From Peribolospora baueri (Eukaryota), in contig JAMDHS010000074.1 of the NCBI GenBank assembly GCA_029717555.1, forward strand, positions 62,001 through 97,880: a DNA stretch of 35,880 nucleotides. Direction: 5' to 3'. A program made the translations under genes and the position numbers. The notes beneath the pieces were generated by a model. That model saw only the letters and a program-made list of their open reading frames with translations, was not told where the DNA came from and did not search any database. Positions 1 through 10,871 of the stretch are shown piece by piece. Each line of letters opens with the position of its first letter. Position 1 is the stretch's first letter.

Positions 1-393
1 TCGCGCTCACCATGTGGACCGCGCGGCCTCTCTCGCCCTGGTCTCGCCTCGGCGTGCTCGCGGTGCGAATCAAGGACGAAATCCGATCGTGCAAGAAGAG
101 CTTACGACGGATGCGGGTGCGTCCGGTGCAAAAGGAGTCTGTCTTTGACTCTCAGACATCATCGGCGACCTCTTTCCAAAACAACTGCCTCCGCTCGCCA
201 ACCTTTGTTCTCTGACTCTTCTCTGGCTTCCATTTCGCCGGCTGCAAAACTCATCTTCCTTTTTTTTTTCCTCCTCCTCGTCCCCTCTTCCCGACTCTGT
301 CTTCTCAGCTGATGCGTCTTGACTTCCCCCGCTAGTACCAGGGCCCCCACCACACGTTGAGCATCCCTTTGTCCCCTTCCTCTCCACCTCAGC

Positions 394-2692
394 ATGTCCA
401 ACGACTCGGACATCGAAAAGGAGCTCGGGGCGCGGCCCCATGACGCATTCAGCAGCTGGAACTACCCTGACGCTTTCGCACAGGTCACCGTCAGCGAGCA
501 GCCGGGTCCCGACGAGGAGAAGGCCGGTGTGGTGGGAGGAGACGTTGGTATCAAGGGGTTGGGCGGGAGTGGGGACGAGTCCGGCGTGAAGAGGCGACTC
601 AAGCAGCGCCACCTGTCCATGATCGCGCTCGGCGGTACCATCGGCACCGGTCTCTTCGTCGGCGTAGGCGGAGCTCTCGCGCAGGCTGGCCCGCTCAACA
701 CGCTCATGGGCTACTCCATCATGGGCGCCGTCGTGTGGTCTATGATGGTTGCTCTGGGAGAGATGGCGACGCTCTTTCCCGTCGCCGGAGGATTCACTCA
801 CTACGCCACGCGCTTCATTGACCCCTCCATTGGTTTCGCCATGGGATGGAACTACTGGTACTCGTACGCGATCACCATCCCCACCGAGGTCGTCGCGGCG
901 GCCATCGTCATCCAGTATTGGGACGTCAATCAGACGATTAACCCGGCCGCATGGATCGTGAGTCGCATAGGGTGTGGCGGACGCAATACATCGAGCGAGC
1001 CAGCTGTCGGTCGCATTTTGATCCTCTCTCCCGTCGTCTCCCTCGTTATGCGTACGGATAGACCATAATGCTCGTCCTCGTTTTCGTCATCAACTTTTTC
1101 GGCGTGCGCTGGTACGGTGAGGCGGAGTTTTGGTTTTCCAGCATCAAAATCATCACCGTCATTGGCTTGATCCTTCTCGGCCTCATAATCGACCTCGGAG
1201 GCGGGCCCAACCATGACCGGCTCGGGTTCAGGTATTGGAAGCACCCCGGCCCCATGGCGCAAATGGACTACCAGATTGACGGTCAAGGCAATATTAGTGA
1301 GCCTTCCTCGGCGAGGTACGCCTGTGCATGAATCGATTGCAAGGGCCAGGCTGATCTCCTCTTCGCATCGCCCCCCCTCCCCCCCTCCAGTCGACCCGGG
1401 CATCCCAGGCGCGAAAGGGCGCTTCCTCTCGTTCTGGAACGTCTTCGTCCAAGCCGCCTTCTCTTTCGCCGGCACCGAGATCATCGGTGTGACGGTCGGT
1501 GAGGCGGAGAACCCGCGCAAGGCGGTGCCGAAAGCGATCAAGCGCGTGTTTTGGCGTATCCTGTTGTTCTACGTCTTGAGCATCTTCTTTGTTGGTCTCC
1601 TCGTACCTTACGTGCGTGTCCGTTTCTGGTACGAGACGAGGCGGGATTGCAGAGGATGGGCGGTCTGAGATGAACACGTCTTCGTCTTTTCTCCAGACGG
1701 ACCCGCGCTTGCTCTCAAACACTAGCACCGCCTCAGCGTCTCCGTTCGTAATCGCGATTCAAGACGCGGGCATCAAGGTGCTCCCACACATCGTCAACGG
1801 CGTCCTCCTCATCACCGCCTGGTCCGCGGCCAACTCGGACATGTATGGTGAGCGAGGGAGTGGTGGGCGGAAGAGCGAAGTGCTGATGATGATAATGATG
1901 ATCTTGCCGTCCCCTCAGCCGCCTCGCGAACAGTATATGCCCTTGCGCTCGAGGATAAGGCGCCCCGGCTGCTGCGCTATTGCACCAAAGGCGGTCTGCC
2001 CGTCTGGAGCTTGGCGTTCACCGGCTCAATCGGCCTTTTGGCGTACATGCAGTGCGGAGCGGCGACGGCGGTGACGGTGTTCGGATATTTGTACGCCATC
2101 AGCTCCATCTCGGCCATCATCGCCTGGCTCGTCATCCTCGGCTCGTACATCCGCTTCTACCACGGCCTCCAGTACCACGGCATCAACCGGGACACGTTAC
2201 CGTACAAGGCGCCCTTGCAGCCCTACGCGAGCTACTTTGGTTTCTTTTTTCTCATTCTTGTCATCCTCTTTTCCGGGTTTACTGTCTTTTTGCAAGGACG
2301 TTGGAATACGGCGACGTTTGTTTGCACTTATATCACCATCCCTCTTTTCATCGTTGCCTGGCTCGGCTGGAAGGGTGAGTGAGCCATGATCATCATCTGG
2401 CCAAGCACGTCCTTACCTAACTGACCTAACTGACCTAACTGACCTAACTTGAACCGTCCATCCATCCCTTCCTCTCCCTCCATCTCTATCTACGCACACG
2501 CACACAGTATGGAAGCGAACAAAACTAGTCTCCCTCGCCGAGATGGACTTTGACACAGGCCGACGAAAGCTGGACGAAGAGGAAGAAGAAGAAGAGAAGA
2601 AGAAGAGGAGGGACGATGTGGAGGAGGTTGAGCGGCGTGGGGTTTTGCGGAGGAAGTCGCTTGTGCGTCGGTTCTTTGATTGGCTTTTGTGA
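394..2692 (+). CDS. Amino-acid permease, APC superfamily / yeast amino acid transporter (YAT) family, ~603 aa, 6 exons
   Basis: Exons 394-957, 1062-1296, 1391-1611, 1697-1847, 1919-2374, 2508-2692; all introns GT..AG; total 1812 nt in frame. Motifs: KRRLKQRHLSMIALGGTIGTGLF, GEAEFWFSSIK, AAFSFAGTEIIGVTVGEAENPRKAVPKAIKRVFWRI, SPFVIAI, LPYKAPLQPY, EMDFDTGRR. Substrate cannot be assigned. Confidence 0.95.
2415..2449 (+). repeat. Tandem 9-mer (ACCTAACTG) x~4 in permease intron 5
   Basis: acctaactgacctaactgacctaactgacctaact read directly inside intron 2375-2507. Confidence 0.9.
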
Positions 2693-3435
2693 TGGGGGAC
2701 GGGATGGGATTGATCGGCTGGATGCCGCCATCGTCACATGTCTCGTCGTCATCACATGTCTCGTCATCTCTCACGACTATCTATACACCTCGCATGCAAT
2801 TCGGTTAGCTTTGATTCGATTCGGTCGACACGGCCCTCAGGGTAAATTACCGCGACGTCCTTTTAGCGACGACGGGAGTGAGCCTTGCCTCGCGGGCGAA
2901 ACGAGCGAACGAACGAACGTCTTGTCTACATACACGGGTGGTGGTCAGCGACGGCCCGATCTAGCCAAGCTAGGGGTAGGGGGCTCGGACGGAGGGGACG
3001 GAGGTGGGGAAGAGAGGCAAGGGAGAGTGATGAGAATGAACAAAGACAGAATAAGAAAAGAGGGCGGGGCGATAACAAAAAAAGGTCCGAGGGAATGGGA
3101 GGGAGCCATCTGGTAGAACGGACTGACATGAGAGGTAAAACGATGAAAAAAGACGTCCGGGGAGATAAAGACGAGGACCATGACGAAACCCAACAAGGGA
3201 AAATGAGATCAGATCGCATACCGTACCGTAATGTTCCGAGGGGGCGAAGGAGCGAGGAAAAAAGAAGAAGAAGAAGAAAAAAGTGTCCGAGAGCGAGGGG
3301 AGAGAAAGAAAGGAGAAATGCATGCTTTTGGCGATCATGCCACGGTCGAAAGAAGTGAGAACGCTAAACAACAACGCCGACGACGACGACCGAGTCCACG
3401 GGCGGGACCGAGAGCAGGATCAAAGGCGGACTGGA

Positions 3436-5661
3436 TCACTTCCTGCCGAACGCCCACCTCCTCCCCGTCTTCTCGTCCCCACCGGACGTGAGCTGGTACC
3501 CGCCCACGGGCGAAGGTCCGCTGCGGCGGGAGACGGGAGAGCCTGCGCCGCGGACGTATCCGTCCCTGTTCTTCGACGGCCCGCCCTTGGGGCCCCAGAG
3601 GCTCATGGGGAAATTGTCGGCCTCGAGGGCGTCGACGATGTGGTTGCCAAGCCACATGCTGGGGAGCTCGACGACGATGTGGAAGGCGATGGCCGTGGGC
3701 ACGACGCAGGCCAGGCAGACGATCCAGCCGACGCCGAGCAAGGTGGACTGGCCGTCGCCGCTGTTGCTCTGCAGCGAGGTGGCGACGGAGGGGACGACGG
3801 TGTAGAGGTAGGCGGGAGGGAGAAGGAAGAGGCCGGCGGTGATCTGAGCGAGTGGTGTTGGAATGAAAAGTCAGCGAACGACGGTTGGAAAGAGCGAGAG
3901 ACAGAGCGAGAGAGAGAGAGAGAAACTCACCTTGCCGAGGGACCTCATGACGATATTGCCAAGGACGAGCTGGATGGGGTAGGAGAGCTCGACGGCGAGA
4001 AGAACGCAAATAGCAAAGATCTGGTCGCTAAAGGCCATCTCGTGGTATCCCCTCACGTTCCAAGCGGCGAAACCGGTGTTGAGGCCCTTGCGGATGACGG
4101 GAACGAGCTGGACGACGAGGGCGATGACAACAAGAAGGATAGACAGCACGGTGGCTCGGCGCGTGCGCTCGCGAAGGGCTTGGAGGTGACCGTGGACGGA
4201 GAGATCGGCGATCCAGAGACCGACGAAGAAGGGGAAGAGGTAACTCAAGCTGGCCCAGCTGAAGACGGCGAGAGCAAAGAGGACCCAGTAGCGGTTGCTA
4301 GAGCGTTGGCCGAGCATGATGAGCGTGATGTATACAGCGTACGAGCCGGTGAAGGCCCAGGGCATGGGCCACAGGTTGGCGCCGAACGTCCAACCGGCGA
4401 GCGTGTCGTCAAAGTAGTAGGTGAAGAGGTTTACGACGAGGGTGAAGTAGCCCTTTTCGTTCCTGATCTGGTCCCATGCCGGCGGAAGGAGGCCGGCGGC
4501 GGAGGAGGAGCCGGTGTGACCGGCGGCGGCGAGGCCCCACTGGAGACCGGCGATGACGAGCACGGGGAGGATGAAGCGGAAGGGGCGGACGAGCATGGCG
4601 CGGCTGAGGACAGCGTGGAAGAGGGAGGTGGTGCGCGCGCGAGGGTTGACGGGCTGGAGGAAGGGCGCGGCGAGGGCGCGTCCGGAGAGGAGGAAGAGGA
4701 GGCTGACGCCCAAGTGGGTGTTTCTCAAGATGTACAGCGGGCTGTTGCCGTCGATCCACGACGGGCCGTTGGTCGTGCCGGTCCTCTTGTCGAGCGGGCC
4801 GGACGGGCCGGGGGTGAGGACGTCGAAGAAGGTGCCGTTGAGGACGAGCATGGCGGCGAGGAACTTGAGACCGTCGAGGTAGCCGAGCCGCCCGTCCTTG
4901 GTGGCCGAGCGAGGGTCGGCGCCGTTGGGGCCCATGCCGGCGGCGACGGCGTCACCCTCGATGCCGCCGTCGGTGGCGGCGGTGAACTCGGGCCAGCGGC
5001 GAGACTGACGGCCGGGAAGGCTTGAAGGGCGATGAGCGGCAGAGGAGGAGAGGCCCTCGACGGAGGGAGCGTTGCTGTCGAATCCGCCGTGCTTGTTCCT
5101 CAAGAGGCCGGCGTCGGTGTCACCGTCGATCGAGTTGGTGGCCATGGAGGGCGCGTAGCTGTCGCTGTTGTGCATGTGGCTCAACGGGTGGGCCATCTGA
5201 CCGTTGTTCACGTTGCCAGGGCCCTGAAAGAGGGCGGAGTGACGAGGGGAGGGGCCGAAAGAGGGAGGCGGGGAGTACGAGTCGGCGCGACCGGACCTGG
5301 CGAAGGGAGCGTTGGGGTAGGCGTAGTTGGCGGACGCGCCAGCGGGGGCAAGATCGGACCTGAAAGAGGAAGCAGGGATGGGGGAAGAAGAGGCGTCTTG
5401 TTGGGGTTGGGGCTTGGTGTCGCCGACGGCGATGCTCGAGTAGCGGAGGTTGTGCTGGGAGTCGTACCTTGGCAAGCTGGACTGAGACTGGTAACCGAAG
5501 GGTTCGCCTTGGCCAGCGGGGCGAGGGGAAGCGGGGCCGGTGGCCATGTTGTCGTTTTCTTCAGAGCGAGAGTAGCGGTTGGAGTCGAGATGTGCGGCGG
5601 AGTGGGAGGAGTGGGAGGAGGGAGGGGAGGAGAAGGGTTGAGGCGGGGGCTGGCTGGTCAT
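3436..5661 (-). CDS. Acyltransferase-3 (Acyl_transf_3/OafA-like) multi-pass membrane protein, ~712 aa, 2 exons, divergent catalytic motifs
   Basis: Exons 5661-3931 and 3843-3436; intron 3930-3844 is GTGAGT..GCTGAC..CAG, phase 0. Motifs: RLGYLDGLKFLAAMLV, GVSLLFLLSG, RPFRFILP, NLWP, LGKITAGLFLL, VELPS, plus about 10 hydrophobic segments. S/P-rich N-terminus. ATG 5661 chosen over the non-ATG ORF start at 5955. Confidence 0.85.
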
Positions 5662-6629
5662 GGATGGACGGGCGGAGGAAGGGAGCAAGGCGGGGGGCGA
5701 TAGGATAGAGCGAGGGCGAGGGAAGAGCGGGGTAGGGGGGGAGCAAGAGGCGTGGATGTTGCGGAATGAGGTGGTGGTGGAGGACGGGGATGGAGGGAGA
5801 TGGAGATGGTGGTGGTGGTGGTCGCCGTGTGATGGTGGTCGGCGTGTTGATGGTGGTGGTGATCGTCGTCGTCGTCTCCATCCACTCTGGCTGTCGACGC
5901 CTGCTCTCCCTCCCACCGCGTCTCGCCATCCCCTTTGCTCCTCCCTCCTCCGCACGCAGCGCCCGCCCCGATCTTCGACCCCTCGTCCAAGCTCGCCGCA
6001 GTCGATGCTGTCCCATCTCCGCGAACGCCCGTGGATCGCCGCCAGCCAGCGAAGTGTGTTCGTGTCGTCGGCGGGTCACGCACGGCCACGTTCATTTGTT
6101 CGTTCGGCAGTGTCAAGCAATTCAGTCAAGCTGTCAATCGATGATCGATTGGCCCGACGCTATTTTTGCTCCCTCCCCTCCCCTCCGAGACAGCCGAGAC
6201 AGGAGGAGACCCGCCTCGGGGACGACACAGCCCCGCCCGATAAGAAAATAAAAGAGGAAGAAAAAGAAAAAAAAAATGGGAGCTAGCTCGTGCCACCGCC
6301 CACACGAAGATCTTCCCCCGTGTCTCGCCTCCCGTGCCTCCAAACCCGCGCGCGCGGCAGCTCGCTTCGACGCGAGGGGGCGCGCCGTCCCTTCCGTCCG
6401 TCTTCCGGATGCCGCAGCACTGCCACGCGCCAAGAGGAGTTGTCGACACAACACATAGACAAAAAAGAGAAAGAAAAATTGCGACGCCACTTCCGGCGCA
6501 AGGAAGGCCCCAAGCGGTGGAAGAGAACCAAGTGTCAAATGTGCAAGCATGCAAGCAAGCGAATGAGGACGGACAGATAGGACATGTGCTGCGATGCTGC
6601 ACGCCTCCTTGACCGAGCGAGGCCGGCCG

Positions 6630-6905
6630 TCCTATCCTTCCTTTCCATCTTTCCTTGCATCTTTCCTTGCTTCCATCTTTCCATCCTTCCTTTCCATCTT
6701 TCCTTGCTTCCAGCCAGCCAGCCTTCCAGCCTTCCTTCCTTTCTTCCTTCCAGCCAGCCAACCAGCCAACCAGCCACCCACACATCAAATCAGATCAGGT
6801 AGATCAGACCAGTCCGAGCGAGCAAGCAAGCTAATGCGAAAGCAAAGTCGAAATCGTCTAGTCATGAAGGACTGCATGTGGCCCAAGGAGAAGGAGAAGA
6901 AGGAG

Positions 6906-6936
<31 letters not shown>

Positions 6937-7110
6937 TAGCACTGACGCGACGCGACGCGGGTCTGTCGATCGAAAAGAGTTCGGTATGAGTATGAGTAAG
7001 GTCCAGAGAACCTTGTCCGAGCGCGAGCGAGTCCGAGTCCGAGTCCGAGTCGGAAGGGAACGAAGACGACGAACGACGAACGACGAACGACGAACGACGA
7101 ACGACGAAAG
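6630..7110. repeat. Cluster of simple repeats: CTTC/CAGC low complexity, A25 (6906-6930), (CGAGTC)4 (7028-7051), (ACGACGA)~6 (7066-7107)
   Basis: Read directly in the GH26-to-AT3 intergenic region. Confidence 0.9.
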
Positions 7111-7717
7111 GAGGACGAATGGACGGACGAAAACAGTCTCATCGACCAAACACATCCATCGAGCAATCTCACACGACCCGGCCGAACACACGCTCGCACG
7201 AGCCTAGTCCCCACCCTCTCCACTCCACAGCAGAGAAGGGGACCGCGCAATTCCAAAGTCCATCAACAGTCCATTACAGCCGTCGTCATCGAATCGAGTC
7301 GAATCAGATCGGATCAGATCGGATAAAATCGGATAAAGTCGTGGGGAGATAAGCGTCCCTAAACAGAAGAAGAAAAAGAAAAACGCAGAATGGAGGGAAG
7401 GGGAGGAGGACGTGGGGGGAAGACTAAGAAAGGGTCGGGGTACGGGTGGAGTGTGGGGGACGTATGGACGAGTGCTAACTGACTGACTGCGAGAATGTGG
7501 GAGACAGCGCGGGATGGGACGGGGAGACTGCCTGACTGACTGATGCCTGAAGGGACCGAGGAAGATAGGCGAAAAGAGAACGAACGGAAGAAGGAACGAT
7601 GGCGCAAGGAAGGACGGCGAGTTCTACACGACAGAGGGACGGAACGGAACGGAAAGGAAAGGAAAGGAAACGTTCGAAGGACGCGAATGGACGGAGGGAC
7701 GGGGGACGGAGGATGGA

Positions 7718-9321
7718 TCACCGTGCCACGAGCTCCGCGCCGAGGGTGACGCCGACAACGAGCGCCGAGGCGACGAGGGCGACGGGCAAAGACGCTGTCC
7801 AGCGGGGCAGCGACCCTCCAAACAAGCTCGGCGGCGTCGGTCCGGTGGGCACCGACGAGGTCGGCGTCGACGGTGTCGAGCCGTCCGCGTTGGTGGGCAA
7901 GTTCGTCGGTTCCGCCGGCGAGGCCCACGCGTAGCGCGTGGCGACGGGGTCGAGGCTGTAGAGGAAGGATTGGAGAACGGCCGAGTTGTTCGTCAGGCGG
8001 TAGTCACGCAAGTCGTTCGGGTCCTCTGTAGGCGGCGCGGCGAAGACAAAAAAAATCAGCGGCGAGCTCGGTCCGGCGCGACCGGTCGTCACTCACCGAC
8101 TTTCTCAAACTCAAACATCATAAACATCTTAAACAGCGGGTAATAATCTAAGAAACTCGAGTTAGCAATTCCGTTCTGGATCCAAGCCGTCTGCAGGGCG
8201 AGCTGGCCAGGGCCCGGGGGGTCGTTGACGTGCCAGGCGGATCCGGACTCGGAAAAGGCGCACGGCTTGCCGTACTGGACGCAATAATTGTTGTAAAGGT
8301 CCGTGAACTGGGTCGTCGGTTGGGCCGCATTGGCGAGGGTGGGAAAGTTGACGCCGATGAGCGCGCCCCAGACGTCGCCCGGGTTGGAGAGGGTGTTGTC
8401 CAAAAAGGGAGACGCGGTGCCTTTGTAGTAGTACGAGATGGCGCACCAGTCCACGTATTCCTGTCCTGGCCAGAAGGGCAGATAGGCGTCGTCGGCCGTA
8501 TCCAGCTGGCCGTCGTGGTTGGTGTCCAAGGCGGCGAACTCCTGCTGGGCGGAGTAGGCGTCGGTGGAGGCGTTCACAACAGCCTGAATGGCGGGCATGC
8601 CGATGCCGTAGGGGTACCCGGGCGAGGCGTTGGGGGCCCAGACGATGGCGACACTGTCGCCGGTGATGTTTTTGACAATGTTGTACATCCTCTTCCACTG
8701 GTCGACGTACTGGAGCGGCATCGGCGACCACGCCGGGTTCCAGTTGCCGTTCATTTCAGGGGCCCAACGCAAGTAGACGCGGCGCTTGGCGTGGGGGTTG
8801 GCGGTCGTGTTGGCGATCGTGTTGGTCCATCCGAGGAGCTGGTTGCCGAGGTCAATGAGGTCCTGGTCGGCGATGGTCTGGTTGGTGATGCCTTTCATAG
8901 GATAGACGGTGAGAAAGATGCCGGCGTCGGTTTTGCTGTTGAGGATGCTGGACACGTTGGCGATGCCGCCGGCGCCAGTGTTGTAGTTGTATGGAGTGAC
9001 GGGAATGTCCTGGCTGAGCTGGAAGACGCCGGCGTTGCGACCGAAGCGTTGATTGAAGGCGGACGGGGTATCCTCGTAGCCTTGTTGCATGTCGAGCCAG
9101 GCTCCGAGCCATAGCTGACCGTGGGGTGGAGCGCCGATGGCCGAATCGACGAGGGATTCTGGGTCTGCGACGGCCTGGCCGGCGACTCCTCGGGCGACTA
9201 GGCCGACGACGGTGGCGACAAAGGCGATGCGACAGAGTGCGGCGGACATGGAGCGGGGTAGGCGACGGCGACTGGGCCGTCGGCGAGACGGGGGTGGGGT
9301 CATATGGGAGGAAGGCTCCAT
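7718..9321 (-). CDS. Glycoside hydrolase family 26 (beta-mannanase/lichenase-like, clan GH-A), secreted with C-terminal TM/GPI-like anchor, 486-510 aa, 2 exons
   Basis: Exons 9321 (or ATG 9249)-8097 and 8025-7718; intron 8096-8026 GTGAGT..CAG. Motifs: VYLRWAPEMNGNW (acid/base Glu, 8757-8755), IVWAPN, FWPGQEYVDWCAISYY, GKPCAFSESG (nucleophile Glu, 8250-8248). Signal-like IAFVATVVGLVARGVAG; S/T/P-rich stalk; hydrophobic tail LPVALVASALVVGVTLGA. Confidence 0.88.
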
Positions 9322-9420
9322 GGGAGCCGTTGGGGCGGGAGGGAGAAGGGGAGGAAGGGGTATCTAGCGATCTCGCCGAAGGAGTCGTCGAGTCGAGCAC
9401 CCTAGCGGGCGACGGAGAGC

Positions 9421-9448
9421 GGTGGTGGTGGTGGTGGTGGTGGTGGTG
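9421..9448. repeat. (GGT)n trinucleotide microsatellite, ~9 units
   Basis: ggtggtggtggtggtggtggtggtggtg read directly. Confidence 0.9.
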
Positions 9449-9760
9449 ACGGGTGCCGAAAAAAGACGCGGGCTGTGTGTGGCTTCGTCTGGCCGTCGGT
9501 GTCGGAGACGGATAGCTGCGATCGTCGAGGTCGATGAAGAGCCGTCGCGTAGTGAAGGGTTTGGTCTTCCCCCTTTCTTTCTTCCTTCCTTCCTATCTTG
9601 CTTGCTTGCTTGCTTGCCCGCTTGCTCTCCTTCAGTCCTTCTTTTTCGCGGGCGGGTGGAAGGTGTGCTGGCGAGAGCGCGGTGGGTGGCCGGCGGTGGG
9701 GAGGGGATGGAAGGGCGGGCGGGAGCGGGAGCGCCCGGGGGAGAAGGAGGAGGAAGGGGG

Positions 9761-9820
9761 GGCGAGGGTAAGGGCGAGGGTAAGGGCGAGGGTAAGGACG
9801 AGGGTAAAGACGAGGGTAAG
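9761..9820. repeat. 12-bp minisatellite (GRCGAGGGTAAR) x5
   Basis: ggcgagggtaag x3, gacgagggtaaa, gacgagggtaag. Confidence 0.9.
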
Positions 9821-10871
9821 GGAGGTGGTCGGTGGAGGGGAAAGGGCGAGAGAAGGGAGTGGTGGCCCGCTCTCGATGAGATCGACGAGGAGGACGTGTG
9901 CCGTGTGCGAGTGTGGCTGTGGGTGGCTGTCTGGCCCGCCCGTCCGCGTGTCAGTCTCCGTCGCCTCGCCTCGCCTCGCCGCGCGCTCGCACCTGCAAGC
10001 CATCCCTTCTCCTCGTCCATCTCCCCGACCACCACTGCCACGTGAGCGCACACGCACGTGACTCAGCCGCGCCCCGCTCCTTGGCGATCTACGGGAGTAG
10101 AAAATAAAATGGCAATCAGCGCCGGCCATCCGACCATCGTCCGCCATCGTCGGCTGTGCAACGTTTCGTGGTTTTTTTTTCCTCCTTCGATCCCAATCGA
10201 TCTCCACGGCGCCTGCCCTACGTCAAGCGACACGTTAGTTTAGAGCGCGGTCCGGTGGGGCGAGGGACAAGGAGAAAGGAGAAAAAAGGGATGCGTTGCG
10301 CATCTTAGTGACATCCATAGTCACATACCCAAGTGCATCCGCCCGTCCTTAGTCCAGACACTTCCGGCGTGAGGTCGACGTCCTTCCGTCTCTTCTTGTC
10401 TGTTGTCGCAACCGCAGCCAGCCGTTCGAGCCGGCCGGATCGCCAAGCCACAGACGGCGACGCGACGTCCGAATCGAATCTCGCGCGACTGCATCTCATC
10501 CATCTATCAAATCTCCCTCCACCACCTGTCGTTCGTCTGTCTGTCAGTCAGTCGTAGTCGTACTCGTACTCGTACTCGGCCTCCGTCACCAGTCAGCAGT
10601 CCCATCCGCTGTCCCCTCTCCATCCCCTCCATCCCCTTGCGTCCTCGCCTCTTCCTCCGCCTGCCTGCCTGCCTGCCTCGTCGCCGCTCCACCCAACCAT
10701 CGTCCCTCCCTCGCCTTCCTTCCTCCTCGCCCGCTTTCCATCCCCGCCACCACCACCAGCTCTCGTCGACGTCGTCGCCCAGACCAGACCAGACGAGACG
10801 ACGACGACGACGACAACCCTTCGCTCCACCACCATCCACCCTCGCAGCCCCTTCGCGGGTGCCCCCCAGCC

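Larger units (their letters stand above)
9322..10871. promoter_or_regulatory. Divergent (bidirectional) upstream region shared by GH26 and AT3-GT2
   Basis: Genes are head to head. Pyrimidine-rich leaders run outward on each transcribed strand (purine-rich + strand on the left, pyrimidine-rich + strand on the right). Transcription starts cannot be seen. Confidence 0.65.

Noticed and set aside
394..2692. Amino-acid permease as a member of the glycan cluster
   Set aside because: Ordinary intron-rich YAT permease, convergently oriented, with no functional link to glycan synthesis; only synteny data could change this.
2729..2768. Short direct duplication (TCACATGTCTCGTC twice) downstream of the permease stop
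   Set aside because: Two-copy ~21-bp slippage duplication in a 3' UTR with no supporting evidence of function.
6630..7700. Dense short repeats as a CRISPR array or transposon remnant
   Set aside because: Simple 1-7 bp tandem units without spacers, terminal repeats, target-site duplications or transposase/RT coding.
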